Below, piece after piece: positions 17,569 to 26,256 of a stretch of DNA of 64,000 nt (position 1 is the stretch's first letter; each line of letters opens with the position of its first letter). The notes under the pieces were generated by a model. It saw only the letters and a list, made by a program, of their open reading frames with translations, was not told the origin of the DNA and did not search any database. The stretch lies in contig JAYQOB010000003.1 of the NCBI GenBank assembly GCA_038144595.1, positions 1,949 to 65,948 of the forward strand, read 5' to 3'. The translations under genes were made by a program, and so were the position numbers. Source of the DNA: Candidatus Poseidoniales archaeon. GTDB taxonomy: Archaea > Thermoplasmatota > Poseidoniia > Poseidoniales > Poseidoniaceae.

Positions 17569-17801
17569 CGGCGCGTGGACCCAAGGATGAGGAAGAGCGA
17601 TTCAAGGCGCTCCTGGCCGTCCTCAACGGCAGAGGGCGCAGCATCGCCGACGTCATCGAGGAGCTCACGGGCGAACCGCCGAGTGAGGAGACCGTTGAGG
17701 CGGTCAAGAACCGCCTCCAAATGGCCCAAGAAAGCGGAGAACAGGTGGACATTCTCGCCGTGGTTCAGGCGATGAACGAATTGGCCAGTCAGTGGGCTTG
17801 A
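17565..17801 (+). CDS. small acidic hypothetical protein (78 aa), translationally coupled to the JAMM gene
   Basis: ATG at 17565 overlaps the JAMM stop (ATGA 17565-17568). MTARGPKDEEERFKALLAVLNGRGRSIADVIEELTGEPPSEETVEAVKNRLQMAQESGEQVDILAVVQAMNELASQWA. Heptad-like helical pattern, no Cys, no C-terminal GG. Confidence 0.5.
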   Translation: MTARGPKDEEERFKALLAVLNGRGRSIADVIEELTGEPPSEETVEAVKNRLQMAQESGEQVDILAVVQAMNELASQWA

Positions 17802-19869
17802 TCACTGGTTGGTGTAGGTCGGTCGTCGGTTTTCGATCAGCGCTGAGAGCCCTTCGAGGGCGTCTTTGGTGGCGAAAATCGTGTTCAGGCCGTCCAACTC
17901 CAGTTGAAGACCCGCCTGCAAATCCGTGCTGGCCGTCGCATCGATGAGGTCGCTGGCCATCTGAAGCCCAATGGGCGCCGTGAAGGAAAGGCTCTTGATT
18001 TGACGAGCCACGATCTTCTCGCCTTGGTCAAAGCCGTCGGGGCATTCACCGTTCATCAACACGGGCATGTTCTCGTCGGCAAAGAACGAGGTGGCAAACT
18101 TGGCCACCGGTGAGGACGGGTTGGCGGGCTGGCCGGGGTACTTGACCGCCGGCTTGCCCTCCGAAGCGAGCGCAGCAATGCATTCGTCCACACCCGCCAC
18201 GTCGACGAGGTGCGTGACCAAGCCAAGGTCAGCTGCCGTGGTGGCGTCCATGAAATTGCCAGCAAGAACCGCCCAGCGAGCCACGGGGATGCCGCAGATA
18301 CGAGCAGGGCGCTGTGAGCCACCCAAGCCCGGGTAGATGCCGATGGAGGTCTCGGGGAAGCGGAATTGGGTGCGGCGGGTACCGATGCGATAGTCGCAGG
18401 CCAACGCAAGTTCGAGTCCACCACCCAGCGCCAGTCCGGTGGTCAGCGCCACGGTGGTCTTGCTGGAGGTTTCCAGCATGTTGAGCAGTTCGTGGCCTTC
18501 GGCGGTAAAGTCGTAGATGTCCGGAATGGCATCGGCACGGATCTTATCGACGAAGAATTTCACGTCAGCGCCAGCCACGAAGGCCTTGCCTGCACCGTCG
18601 AGCACGATGGTATGAACCGCATCGTTGGCGTTGGCAGCGGCGACGGCCTGCGTCAACTGATTCACCACGGTGACGTTGAGCGCATTCATGGCTTCGGGGC
18701 GGTTGATGGTGAGGGTGGCCACGCCGTCGTTGACGCGACTGTCGACGTAGGAGAAGCTCCAGGCGCCATCACCCTGGTCGGAGAAAAAGGCAGGAACGTT
18801 CCAGCCCTCACCGGCGGTTTGGGCGTAGGCCTTGGCCATGCGGCAGGCTTCGCCAACACCGATTCGATTCATCATCTCAAAGGGCCCACGGGCCCAGCGC
18901 AGACCCACTTTGGCCCCGCGGTCAACGTCTTCCATGCTGCAGATGTCTTCTTCCACGATTTGAGCGGCGACACCAAACACCACGCCGAGCAGGCGCTCGG
19001 ACACGGTCGTGTACTGCTCGTCGGTGTAGGTGGCCTCCTCGGAGACGTCCCACTGTTCGTTGGCTTCAACCAGCGCACGCAAGTTGGCAGCGCCCGTGTA
19101 ACGAGGCGTGTTGAGTTGCTCGGCAAGGTAGTCGGTGGAATGGAGCGCGATGGGTGGCCCGGTCAGGTTCATCAAACCGAAGGGGCCGAGGCCGATGCGG
19201 AAGGCCTTGCAGGCGATGGCGTCGATTTGGGCGGCGTTTGCAGCGCCTTCCTCGAGCAGCAAGCAGGCCTCGTTGAGCCATGGAACGAAGAAGCGGTTCA
19301 CGACAAACCCGGGTCGGTCAGCGCACACGATGACCACTTTGCCGAGCATCTTGCAGTACTGAACGACCGTCGACGGTGTCCTGACTGGAGGCTTCGGCCG
19401 GGATAACCTCAACCAAACGGTTCTTGGCAGGGTGGTAGAAGAAATGCAGACCGACAAAACGGTCGGCTCGACCGGTGGCTTCAGCCAGCGCATTGACGGA
19501 CAGCGAGGACGTGTTCGAGGCAAGGATGGTGTCTTCTCCACAGGCTTCGTCAAGGGTGTTGAACACGGCGGTTTTGACATCGAAGTCCTCAAACACGGCT
19601 TCGATGACCAGGTCGGTGTTTTCAGCGGTGTTTTCCACGCCCACCACGCCGGTGATGCGTCCTTGAATGGCCTCAACCTGTGCGGGCGAGAAAATACGAC
19701 GCTCGACGGCTTCCTCGAGGAAGTTGGCAATGATGGATTGGCCACGCTCAACCCACTGGAGTTCACGGTCAACCATTTGGACGTCAAATTCTTCCTGAGC
19801 GCTTTTCTGAGCGATGCCGGAGCCCATGTTGCCTGCGCCGACCACGGCCACACGTTGGATAGGTTGCAT
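17802..19869 (-). pseudogene. bifunctional 3-hydroxyacyl-CoA dehydrogenase (N-terminal) / enoyl-CoA hydratase (C-terminal), interrupted by an apparent 1-nt frameshift near 19364-19376
   Basis: ORF 19318..19869: MQPIQRVAVVGAGNMGSGIAQK...ASNTSSLSV...GLHFFYHPAKNRLVEVI (HADH NAD-binding domain). Continuation ...TVVQYCKMLGKVVIVCADRPGFVVNRFF... then the crotonase fold (TINRPEAMNAL...DGAGKAFVAGADV...GLALGGGLELALACDYRI...FPETSIGIYPGLGGSQR) is in ORF 17802..19886. The HADH-then-ECH order is the arrangement known from archaeal fusion enzymes. Confidence 0.8.
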
Positions 19870-19894
19870 GGTTCGTCCGAATTCAATGCACTAC

Positions 19895-19902
19895 ATAAAA
19901 AT
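19895..19902 (-). promoter_or_regulatory. TATA-box-like element for the HADH-ECH gene
   Basis: Reverse strand cggATTTTTATgtagtgcattgaattcggacgaaccATG. The AT box is centred about 29 nt upstream of the ATG at 19869. Confidence 0.4.
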
Positions 19903-19905
19903 CCG

Positions 19906-21120
19906 TCATTGTGGTGTTGGACGGTTCAGGACGTGGTCGTAGGCAGCGTTCATGCGTTCAACAAACGCCTCGCTGGAAAAGGTCTGAGCATGTTCCATGA
20001 GGGACTGATCCGGCGCCCAAGCCTTGCTTTCATTCCACGAGCGGTACGCTGCTTCGACGGCCTCACGCCAGGCTGCGATGTCGCCAGCAGGCAAGCAGCT
20101 GCCCTCGGGCATCAGTTCGTTGTGAGCGGGCAGGTCAGAACACAGCACGGGGCAGCCAGCCGCCATGGCCTCGACGGGGGGGTAGCCGTAGCCCTCGGCG
20201 GCACTGGGAAACAGGAGCAGGTCAGCGCCATGGCGCACATCCATGAGCGCCTGGTCATCGAGGCATGGATGAACCACGACCTCCATCTTGAGCGACGAAG
20301 CCATGGTGCGAGCCTCCGGGCTTCGGTCGCCCACGACATGAAGTACCGAATTCGCCAGCACATCGTCCTTGCAAGTACGGAGCACCTGTTCAAGGAACGA
20401 ACGACGCTTGCGAGGGTCGGCGGAACCGACGTAGAGCATCGTGAACGCCGGGTTTTTGTCGCGCCCTGGACCGGGTGCAAAGGCCTCCAAGTCCAGTCCC
20501 AACGGCACCGTCACCGAGGCGACGTCGGGGAAGGCCGTCTCGCAACGCTGACGGGTGTGTTCCGAATCGCAGACGAGGAGGTCGGCTCTGGCCAATCCGG
20601 CTTTGAGCTTCTTGAGGTCCCGGCGCCGAACCATGCCGGGCCGCTGGTCGCCGACAGCGACCACGGAGGTGCCCACCGATGCCTCACCGTCGGTCAACGC
20701 AATGCGTTGCTCAGAGGGAAACAAATGGAACACGTCGTGGACGGTGACCACCACCTTCGGTCGCTGCGAAGAGCGAGGCGGCACCAAGTGGGCTTGTTCT
20801 TGGTCGGTGATGTGAAGCACATCGGTCGGTCCGAGAAGGCGCTTGCAAACCTCTGCCACCCGCTTGGGATGCTGACTCCAGCGCATGCGAAGCCGAGCGA
20901 ACGCAGAAGATTGAACGGGGTACTCCACGACCTCCCTGAGCGATAGGGAGGGAAACCGTCCGTCCCGGTGGTGTTCCACAAGCGTGGCGTGAGCACCACC
21001 CAGCCCCGAGAAGGGCGTCAGGGCACCACCACGCACCAGGACGATGTGCCCGGTGGAGGAGGTTGAGCCGGTGGACTCCATGGTGAACGCAGGCGACGCC
21101 TCCTCTTCAAGGGATGACAT
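19906..21120 (-). CDS. glycosyltransferase, GT-B fold, family 4-like
   Basis: C-terminal E-x7-E motif (AAEGYGYPPVEAMAAGCPVL) and N-terminal IVLVRGGALTPFSGLGGAHA. The start is uncertain (ATG at 21144, 21120 or 21081). Confidence 0.7.
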   Translation of the reverse strand: MSSLEEEASPAFTMESTGSTSSTGHIVLVRGGALTPFSGLGGAHATLVEHHRDGRFPSLSLREVVEYPVQSSAFARLRMRWSQHPKRVAEVCKRLLGPTDVLHITDQEQAHLVPPRSSQRPKVVVTVHDVFHLFPSEQRIALTDGEASVGTSVVAVGDQRPGMVRRRDLKKLKAGLARADLLVCDSEHTRQRCETAFPDVASVTVPLGLDLEAFAPGPGRDKNPAFTMLYVGSADPRKRRSFLEQVLRTCKDDVLANSVLHVVGDRSPEARTMASSLKMEVVVHPCLDDQALMDVRHGADLLLFPSAAEGYGYPPVEAMAAGCPVLCSDLPAHNELMPEGSCLPAGDIAAWREAVEAAYRSWNESKAWAPDQSLMEHAQTFSSEAFVERMNAAYDHVLNRPTPQ

Positions 21121-21218
21121 TCTCGGAGTTGAGCACGGGCGCACTTGGGGTGAACGGGGGCATCAAGTGTGGAAAAGACATCAAGTAGTCTGAGGGGTTC
21201 GCACGAAACGAACCCACC

Positions 21219-21674
21219 ATGCCAGAACCCCCCATGTCCATCCCCAGCGAATCGTACGATGCGATTGAAAACGGCATTCAGACCACGCTTGAAAGTGGCC
21301 GATCCATTCGACACCTGCTGGCGCAACACTCCAACCAGGGGCCCTACGACGCTGGATGGGAAGTGGAAGCCGCTGTGGAAGCCCTCCATGTTTTTGCCTC
21401 GAGGTGGACCATTGAAATTCTCGCCACCCTCTACATCACCGGACCTCGCCGGTTCAACGAAATGAAATCCATGCTCACCGGCATTTCAAGCCGAACCCTC
21501 TCCGACAAACTTCGATTCTTGACCGAAGAAGGGTTGGTCTTGCGGGTGGTTACCGACGGACCGCCGGTGAAGGTGAGCTACGAACTCAGCGCCCACGGCT
21601 TGACCTGCGGCCGCTTGCTCTCGCCGCTGGTGGCCCATCTCAAAATGGTGGCCGGCTCCGTGGTGAAGGCCTAG
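21219..21674 (+). CDS. HxlR-type winged-helix transcriptional regulator
   Basis: ALHVFASRWTIEILATLYITGPRRFNEMKSMLTGISSRTLSDKLRFLTEEGLVLRVV...VSYELSAHG matches the HxlR/DUF24 pattern (W...IL..L..G..RF.EL......IS...L...L..L...GLV.R). Confidence 0.75.
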   Translation: MPEPPMSIPSESYDAIENGIQTTLESGRSIRHLLAQHSNQGPYDAGWEVEAAVEALHVFASRWTIEILATLYITGPRRFNEMKSMLTGISSRTLSDKLRFLTEEGLVLRVVTDGPPVKVSYELSAHGLTCGRLLSPLVAHLKMVAGSVVKA

Positions 21675-22471
21675 GCCTCAACCCGATGTTGCTGAATCAC
21701 TTCACCGGTTCGAAGGTTCATCGCCGTCAATGCGCGTCGGTCAGAAGGACCGTGATACAGGCACGTGTCCAAACCAATCGCTGCTGACCGCCCGTCGGCC
21801 AACTTTACGCTGCTGTGCCAGACCGTCCCCCAATCCTCAGCCGTGTGGCCGGGAAGACCCGCGGTCGGTGTGTGGCCAAACACGATGGTTCGCTCACCGT
21901 CGACCGGGGAAACTGCGTGATGAAAGGCACCTCGAATCCAAAGCAAGTCTTCGTCCCGCTGCTCGTCCAACGGGACGTCGGGTGAATAGCCTGCATGAAC
22001 CAAACGCCAGCGGTCGAGAACGAGGTGGGTCGGCAAGGTGGCCATCCACGCCGTGTGCTCAGCCGCCAAGCGCTCGAGAGCCCCCTCGTCCACTTGACCC
22101 GCTTCGTTTCGAACCGAGTACATGTAGGACGCCACGGTGGTGTTGCCACCGTTTCGCATCCAGAGCATGACGTCAAGGTCAGGTGTGCGGAGCTTCTCAA
22201 TCGTGAATTGGCGGACCATCATGTCCTCGTGATTACCCCGAACCGTGCAGTAGTGCGGATGATGCATGACATCGTGAACCACGCCGAAACTGTTCGGGCC
22301 GCGATCGATCAAATCCCCAAGAAACACCACCCAATCACCGTCTCGAAGATTCAATTGGGCGCACAATTCGTTCATCGACTGGAAAAATCCGTGAACGTCG
22401 CCGACGACCCAAACGTTACCGCCAGCATCCAAATCTGCCTGTATTTTTTCCTCCAATTCACGGTTCCTCAT
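21671..22471 (-). CDS. calcineurin-like metallophosphoesterase (PrpA/ApaH-like Ser/Thr phosphatase or diadenosine tetraphosphatase family)
   Basis: VWVVGDVHGFF...VVFLGDLIDRGPNS...VRGNHEDMM...LVHAGY...VFGHTP: the GDxHG / GDxxDRG / GNHE / H / GH motif series. Confidence 0.8.
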   Translation of the reverse strand: MRNRELEEKIQADLDAGGNVWVVGDVHGFFQSMNELCAQLNLRDGDWVVFLGDLIDRGPNSFGVVHDVMHHPHYCTVRGNHEDMMVRQFTIEKLRTPDLDVMLWMRNGGNTTVASYMYSVRNEAGQVDEGALERLAAEHTAWMATLPTHLVLDRWRLVHAGYSPDVPLDEQRDEDLLWIRGAFHHAVSPVDGERTIVFGHTPTAGLPGHTAEDWGTVWHSSVKLADGRSAAIGLDTCLYHGPSDRRALTAMNLRTGEVIQQHRVEA

Positions 22472-22559
22472 GGTCGCACTTCCCTAACATAAACAAGTAC
22501 CTGCGAGCCTATTTAACCGACAAAAGAAGGTTGGTTGTGGTCAACGAAATGGCCACACA

Positions 22560-23273
22560 ATGAAGCGATGGCTTAAGGGAGGAGAAGGCGAACCTCATAG
22601 CATGCCTCTGCTCGCACAGTGGACCCGTCAGCGCCCTTGGTTGGCGGCTGGACTCACGGGCGCTGCCAGCGGCATGGTCGGCATCGCAGGCGGCCTGGCC
22701 ACCTTTGCCGGCACCGTCGGTGCCATGGCCATCGGTGGCATTTCGACCCGTGCCACCAGCTACGAGCACCCGCTGCGCCGCCGCATTTTGTCCACCCTCG
22801 AAGCCCGACCCGGGCTCTGCTACCGTGAACTGCAAACGGTGATGAACACCGCCAACGGCACCCTTCGCCACCATTTGGACGTGCTCCAAACTCGACGTGC
22901 GGTCACCGTCATGCCCGTGAACGGGCGCACGTGTTACTTCGCTGGTGGACCAAGCCAGGTCGAAGTGCTACGCAGCAAAGTGGTGGGCGAAGAGCGCATG
23001 GCCCAACAGTTACCCATCGGTCTGTCGCCGGTCCAACGGATGATCATTGAAAACATCGACCGCGAGGGTGTACCTCGTTCTCAGGCTGCCCTTGCACGGC
23101 GACTCGGGCGCACCCGTGCCACCGTCCACAGCGCGGTCAAGGTGCTTCGACGCCGAGGCATTCTGCGCGATGACCGAATTGAACTGATGCCACACATCGA
23201 CCTCGAAATTTACAGCCGACCTTCTGGCGTGGACTACGAATTTGTTGACGAGCGACACCTGTCCTCGCCTTGA
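22560..23273 (+). CDS. membrane-associated protein with two winged-helix (ArsR/MarR-like) DNA-binding domains
   Basis: Gly-rich hydrophobic segment (WLAAGLTGAASGMVGIAGGLATFAGTVGAMAIGGI). Then HPLRRRILSTLEARPGLCYRELQTVMNTANGTLRHHLDVLQTRRAVT and LSPVQRMIIENIDREGVPRSQAALARRLGRTRATVHSAVKVLRRRGIL. The start is uncertain. Confidence 0.55.
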   Translation: MKRWLKGGEGEPHSMPLLAQWTRQRPWLAAGLTGAASGMVGIAGGLATFAGTVGAMAIGGISTRATSYEHPLRRRILSTLEARPGLCYRELQTVMNTANGTLRHHLDVLQTRRAVTVMPVNGRTCYFAGGPSQVEVLRSKVVGEERMAQQLPIGLSPVQRMIIENIDREGVPRSQAALARRLGRTRATVHSAVKVLRRRGILRDDRIELMPHIDLEIYSRPSGVDYEFVDERHLSSP

Positions 23274-23351
23274 AGTGACGATTACGAAATCTGTCGCTTG
23301 AGCGACAACTGTTACACAGGCTTCAAAGACCCTTGACAGCCCCCGAGCATC

Positions 23352-24473
23352 ATGTTCTCTGTCCGGCTTGTTGAGCACCCGTTGCCCACGACCGAACGTG
23401 ATGTGGACGGTCTGATCGCCTGGATGATCGACACGCTCTCGCTGGTGAGAAAACGAGGCGACGCCACCGCCGACCACGGAAGAGCGGGTCCCGTTCATCG
23501 GTTGCTTCGAGACCACCTGTTCGGCCAACCGGAACTGAGTTGGGACGCACAAATGTTGGCGGATGAACTGGCGCTGATGCCAGCCTCCCTCAACCATCAC
23601 CTCGGTCGACTGGTCGAAACCGGGCTCATCGGCTTCACCAACGAGGGCAAAGGCTGGCGGAAGTACTACCTGCGCGGTGGCTCGCTTTCCAACGCCGTCG
23701 CTCATCTTCAACAGCACAGCAGCCTCGTGCTTCAGCAACGATTTGAATTCATCAACGCCGCTTGGACTCGCGCGGGTGAGCCGCTCCCCGTGGAGCTACC
23801 CCAAGACGAAAGCGCCCCGTTCTCACTCGGTCTGGTTGACCACCGCCCCATCCCCATCGAAACCGATGGCAGCGTGCTGTCCCATTGGATGAACGACTTC
23901 GGTCTGCTCGGCGAGCGACCCGGTGCTGAACTTCGCGCCGATTCGCTGTCCGTTCGACTGTTCGAAACACTGTTGGAACGAGACCTTCCACTGTCCCTTG
24001 ACGAAGCAGCCGAACAACACGGCGGCCAAAAAGCACGAGTGGGCCGCATCCTTGACCGGTTTCGGGCCACCGGCATGGTGGAGCGCGTCCCCCGAACAGA
24101 CCGACTTAACACCGCACTGTGGACCGCCATGACCACGCAACATCAGCGAAGAGGTGAGGATTGGATGCTCAAGAAGGGCGGCTTTCAACGGCTCCTGAAC
24201 GAACAACAGCAGGGTGGACTCCTCAAGAAACTCGCCAAGAACGCCCTTTCGATTGACGACGTGGCCCACCACCTCAGCGGCATTGATGCTCGTGAGCAGA
24301 TGCTGCTGTTGAACCTCCTTGGCGGTCGGTTGCCCATGGGCTACCGCATGGCAGGGCCTTCGGCCAGTGCTGTTCAACGTCGAGTTCAGGACCGGCTCGA
24401 CCGAGTGCTGCGACGCATGGTGCGGGTGGCGGGCCTGCTGGATGAGGCCATGGCGGCGAACGCCGACGAGTGA
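23352..24473 (+). CDS. hypothetical multi-wHTH protein (putative transcriptional regulator)
   Basis: 373 aa with at least two wHTH-like units (SWDAQMLADELALMPASLNHHLGRLVETGLIGF; LSLDEAAEQHGGQKARVGRILDRFRATGMVERV). No enzymatic motif seen. Confidence 0.45.
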   Translation: MFSVRLVEHPLPTTERDVDGLIAWMIDTLSLVRKRGDATADHGRAGPVHRLLRDHLFGQPELSWDAQMLADELALMPASLNHHLGRLVETGLIGFTNEGKGWRKYYLRGGSLSNAVAHLQQHSSLVLQQRFEFINAAWTRAGEPLPVELPQDESAPFSLGLVDHRPIPIETDGSVLSHWMNDFGLLGERPGAELRADSLSVRLFETLLERDLPLSLDEAAEQHGGQKARVGRILDRFRATGMVERVPRTDRLNTALWTAMTTQHQRRGEDWMLKKGGFQRLLNEQQQGGLLKKLAKNALSIDDVAHHLSGIDAREQMLLLNLLGGRLPMGYRMAGPSASAVQRRVQDRLDRVLRRMVRVAGLLDEAMAANADE

Positions 24474-24484
24474 GCGGTGAGCGC

Positions 24485-25510
24485 ATGGCCGACTTCATCG
24501 GGAAAAAACGGGGGCCATGGGACGGTGAGGAACGCCCGTTGTACCTCGCACCGATGTCCGGCGTCACCGACCTTCCCTACCGCCTCCTCGCCAAAGAATG
24601 CGGGGCGGACGTCACCATCACTGAATTCACCAATTCAACGGCCCTGACACGAGAAGCAGCCACCTCATGGCGCCGCATGGAAACCCACGAAACAGAAGTT
24701 CCCTTCATTCCCCAAATTTTCGGTGGCGACCCCGGAGACATGGACACGGCCTCAGAAATGCTCTCTCCGGATGGCTATATGATCGTCCTCAATTTTGGAT
24801 GCCCAGCGCCAAAGGTCACCAACATCTGTGCCGGTGCAGCCCTGATGGGAGAACCCGAGCGCCTTGTCAGCATGGTGGAGACCATCGTTGAGCGCGTCGA
24901 TGTTCCCGTGACGGCCAAAATGCGTCTTGGAACCGGTGGTGGAAGAGCCAACAATTCCACCGAGATTTGTCAGCAACTCGAAGCGGTCGGCGCCCAGCGA
25001 TTGTGCATCCACGGTCGAACGCTCAAGCAGCGATATTCGGGAGAAGCAGATTGGACGAGTATCAGAGAAGCGGTGGACGAAGTCGATGTCCCGGTCGTGG
25101 CCAACGGTGACGTGGTGGACGCGTCCTCCGCAGCCGCTTGCCTCACCCACACCGGTGCTTCCGGTTTGATGATCGGACGGGGCGCCATCGGCCGACCCAC
25201 CGTGTTTTCCGACATCAAGGTCGGTTTGGGGTGGATGAAAGAAAATGACCTTCCATGGGTGGCCCAACACGACGACTGGTACGGGTTGAGCGACATTGGG
25301 CGCGCCTTCGTGTCGCGAAAATGGTGCTGGGACCGGTACATCGATCTCTCCGAGGCCACCGTGGGTATCCAAGGCAAGTGGATGCAACGTCATGCCATCG
25401 CCTTTACCAAAGGGCTCCCTGGTGCGAAGAAGGTTCGCACGCTGATGCACGAACAAGACACAGCCAAAGCCATGGCCGACGCCATCAGCGGGTTCCTTGC
25501 GAGTCCTTGA
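24485..25510 (+). CDS. tRNA-dihydrouridine synthase (Dus family, TIM-barrel flavoenzyme)
   Basis: LYLAPMSGVTDLPYRLLAKECGADVTITEF...IPQIFGGDP...VLNFGCPAPKV...GAALM...VPVTAKMRLG...IHGRT...ANGDV. The alternative GTG start at 24470 overlaps the upstream stop. Confidence 0.8.
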   Translation: MADFIGKKRGPWDGEERPLYLAPMSGVTDLPYRLLAKECGADVTITEFTNSTALTREAATSWRRMETHETEVPFIPQIFGGDPGDMDTASEMLSPDGYMIVLNFGCPAPKVTNICAGAALMGEPERLVSMVETIVERVDVPVTAKMRLGTGGGRANNSTEICQQLEAVGAQRLCIHGRTLKQRYSGEADWTSIREAVDEVDVPVVANGDVVDASSAAACLTHTGASGLMIGRGAIGRPTVFSDIKVGLGWMKENDLPWVAQHDDWYGLSDIGRAFVSRKWCWDRYIDLSEATVGIQGKWMQRHAIAFTKGLPGAKKVRTLMHEQDTAKAMADAISGFLASP

Positions 25511-25513
25511 GCC

Positions 25514-26122
25514 TCAGAAGGTGGATTCCCAGTCTTCGAGGTCGTTGGCTTCAGCCCAGGCCTCGTCGGTGGTTTCGCCACGGACCTTCAGCACTTCACG
25601 GGCGAGGAGCCAGTAGATGAGGGCAAGGGAACGACGGCCCTTGTTGTTGGCAGGAAGAGCGATGTCCACGTTGCGGAGGTGGTTGTTGGCGTCAACGATG
25701 CCAACGATGGGCAGACCGGTGGCCACGGCTTCGCGCAGGGCTTGCTGGTCGTTGGCGGGGTCGGTCACGAACAGGATGTCGGGCTCGATGTAAGATCGAA
25801 GAGCCGGGTTGGTCAACGAACCTGGAATAAAGCGACCGACGGCGGAGTGGGCACCAATGGCTTCTGCAAAGAGGCGAGCAGGGCGTTGTCCGTATTGGCG
25901 AGCGCTGACGACCATGATGGACGGCGCGTCGTAGGTGTTGAGAAGAGCGGCGATGGAGCGGATGCGGGCGTCCGTGGTGGGAATGTCGAGGAGGTAAAGA
26001 CCGTCTTCACGAACACGGTCAATGAAGCGGCTCATGTCGGCACTCTTCTGTTGAGTACCGATGTTCACGGCGTTTTCCTCGTAGGTTTCGGCGGACACGA
26101 GCAAACTGGCTTCTTCGGACAT
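25514..26122 (-). CDS. rps2: 30S ribosomal protein uS2 (archaeal type)
   Basis: ATG at 26122 in ORF 25514..26146. GLYLLDIPTTDARIRSIAALL...VVSARQYGQRPARLFAEAIGAHSAVGRFIPGSLTNP...EPDILFVTDPANDQQALREAVATGLPIVGIVDANN...DIALPANNKGRRSLALIYWLLAREVL. Confidence 0.9.
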   Translation of the reverse strand: MSEEASLLVSAETYEENAVNIGTQQKSADMSRFIDRVREDGLYLLDIPTTDARIRSIAALLNTYDAPSIMVVSARQYGQRPARLFAEAIGAHSAVGRFIPGSLTNPALRSYIEPDILFVTDPANDQQALREAVATGLPIVGIVDANNHLRNVDIALPANNKGRRSLALIYWLLAREVLKVRGETTDEAWAEANDLEDWESTF

Positions 26123-26256
26123 GTTGAACCACAGCAAGCCGCCCACAAACCCCCTGTATTAAACCGCTTCGTCGCTTATGGCCACGGTCATACCGTCGAA
26201 GATTGCTCGCACACTGCGGAAAAGGGCTCAAAAAAGAACACCCAATTCGCCCGAAT

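Noticed and set aside
17565-17801. 78-aa ORF as the ubiquitin-like/SAMP partner of the E1-like enzyme
   Set aside because: The sequence pattern is helical rather than beta-grasp, and the C terminus is ...SQWA, not GG. It is kept as an unknown partner, not called a Ubl.
15253-20946. Long ORFs 15253..16308 -, 18366..19406 + and 19432..20946 +
   Set aside because: They are antisense to the GT4, HADH-ECH and second GT4 genes. No recognisable motifs; GC-driven open frames.
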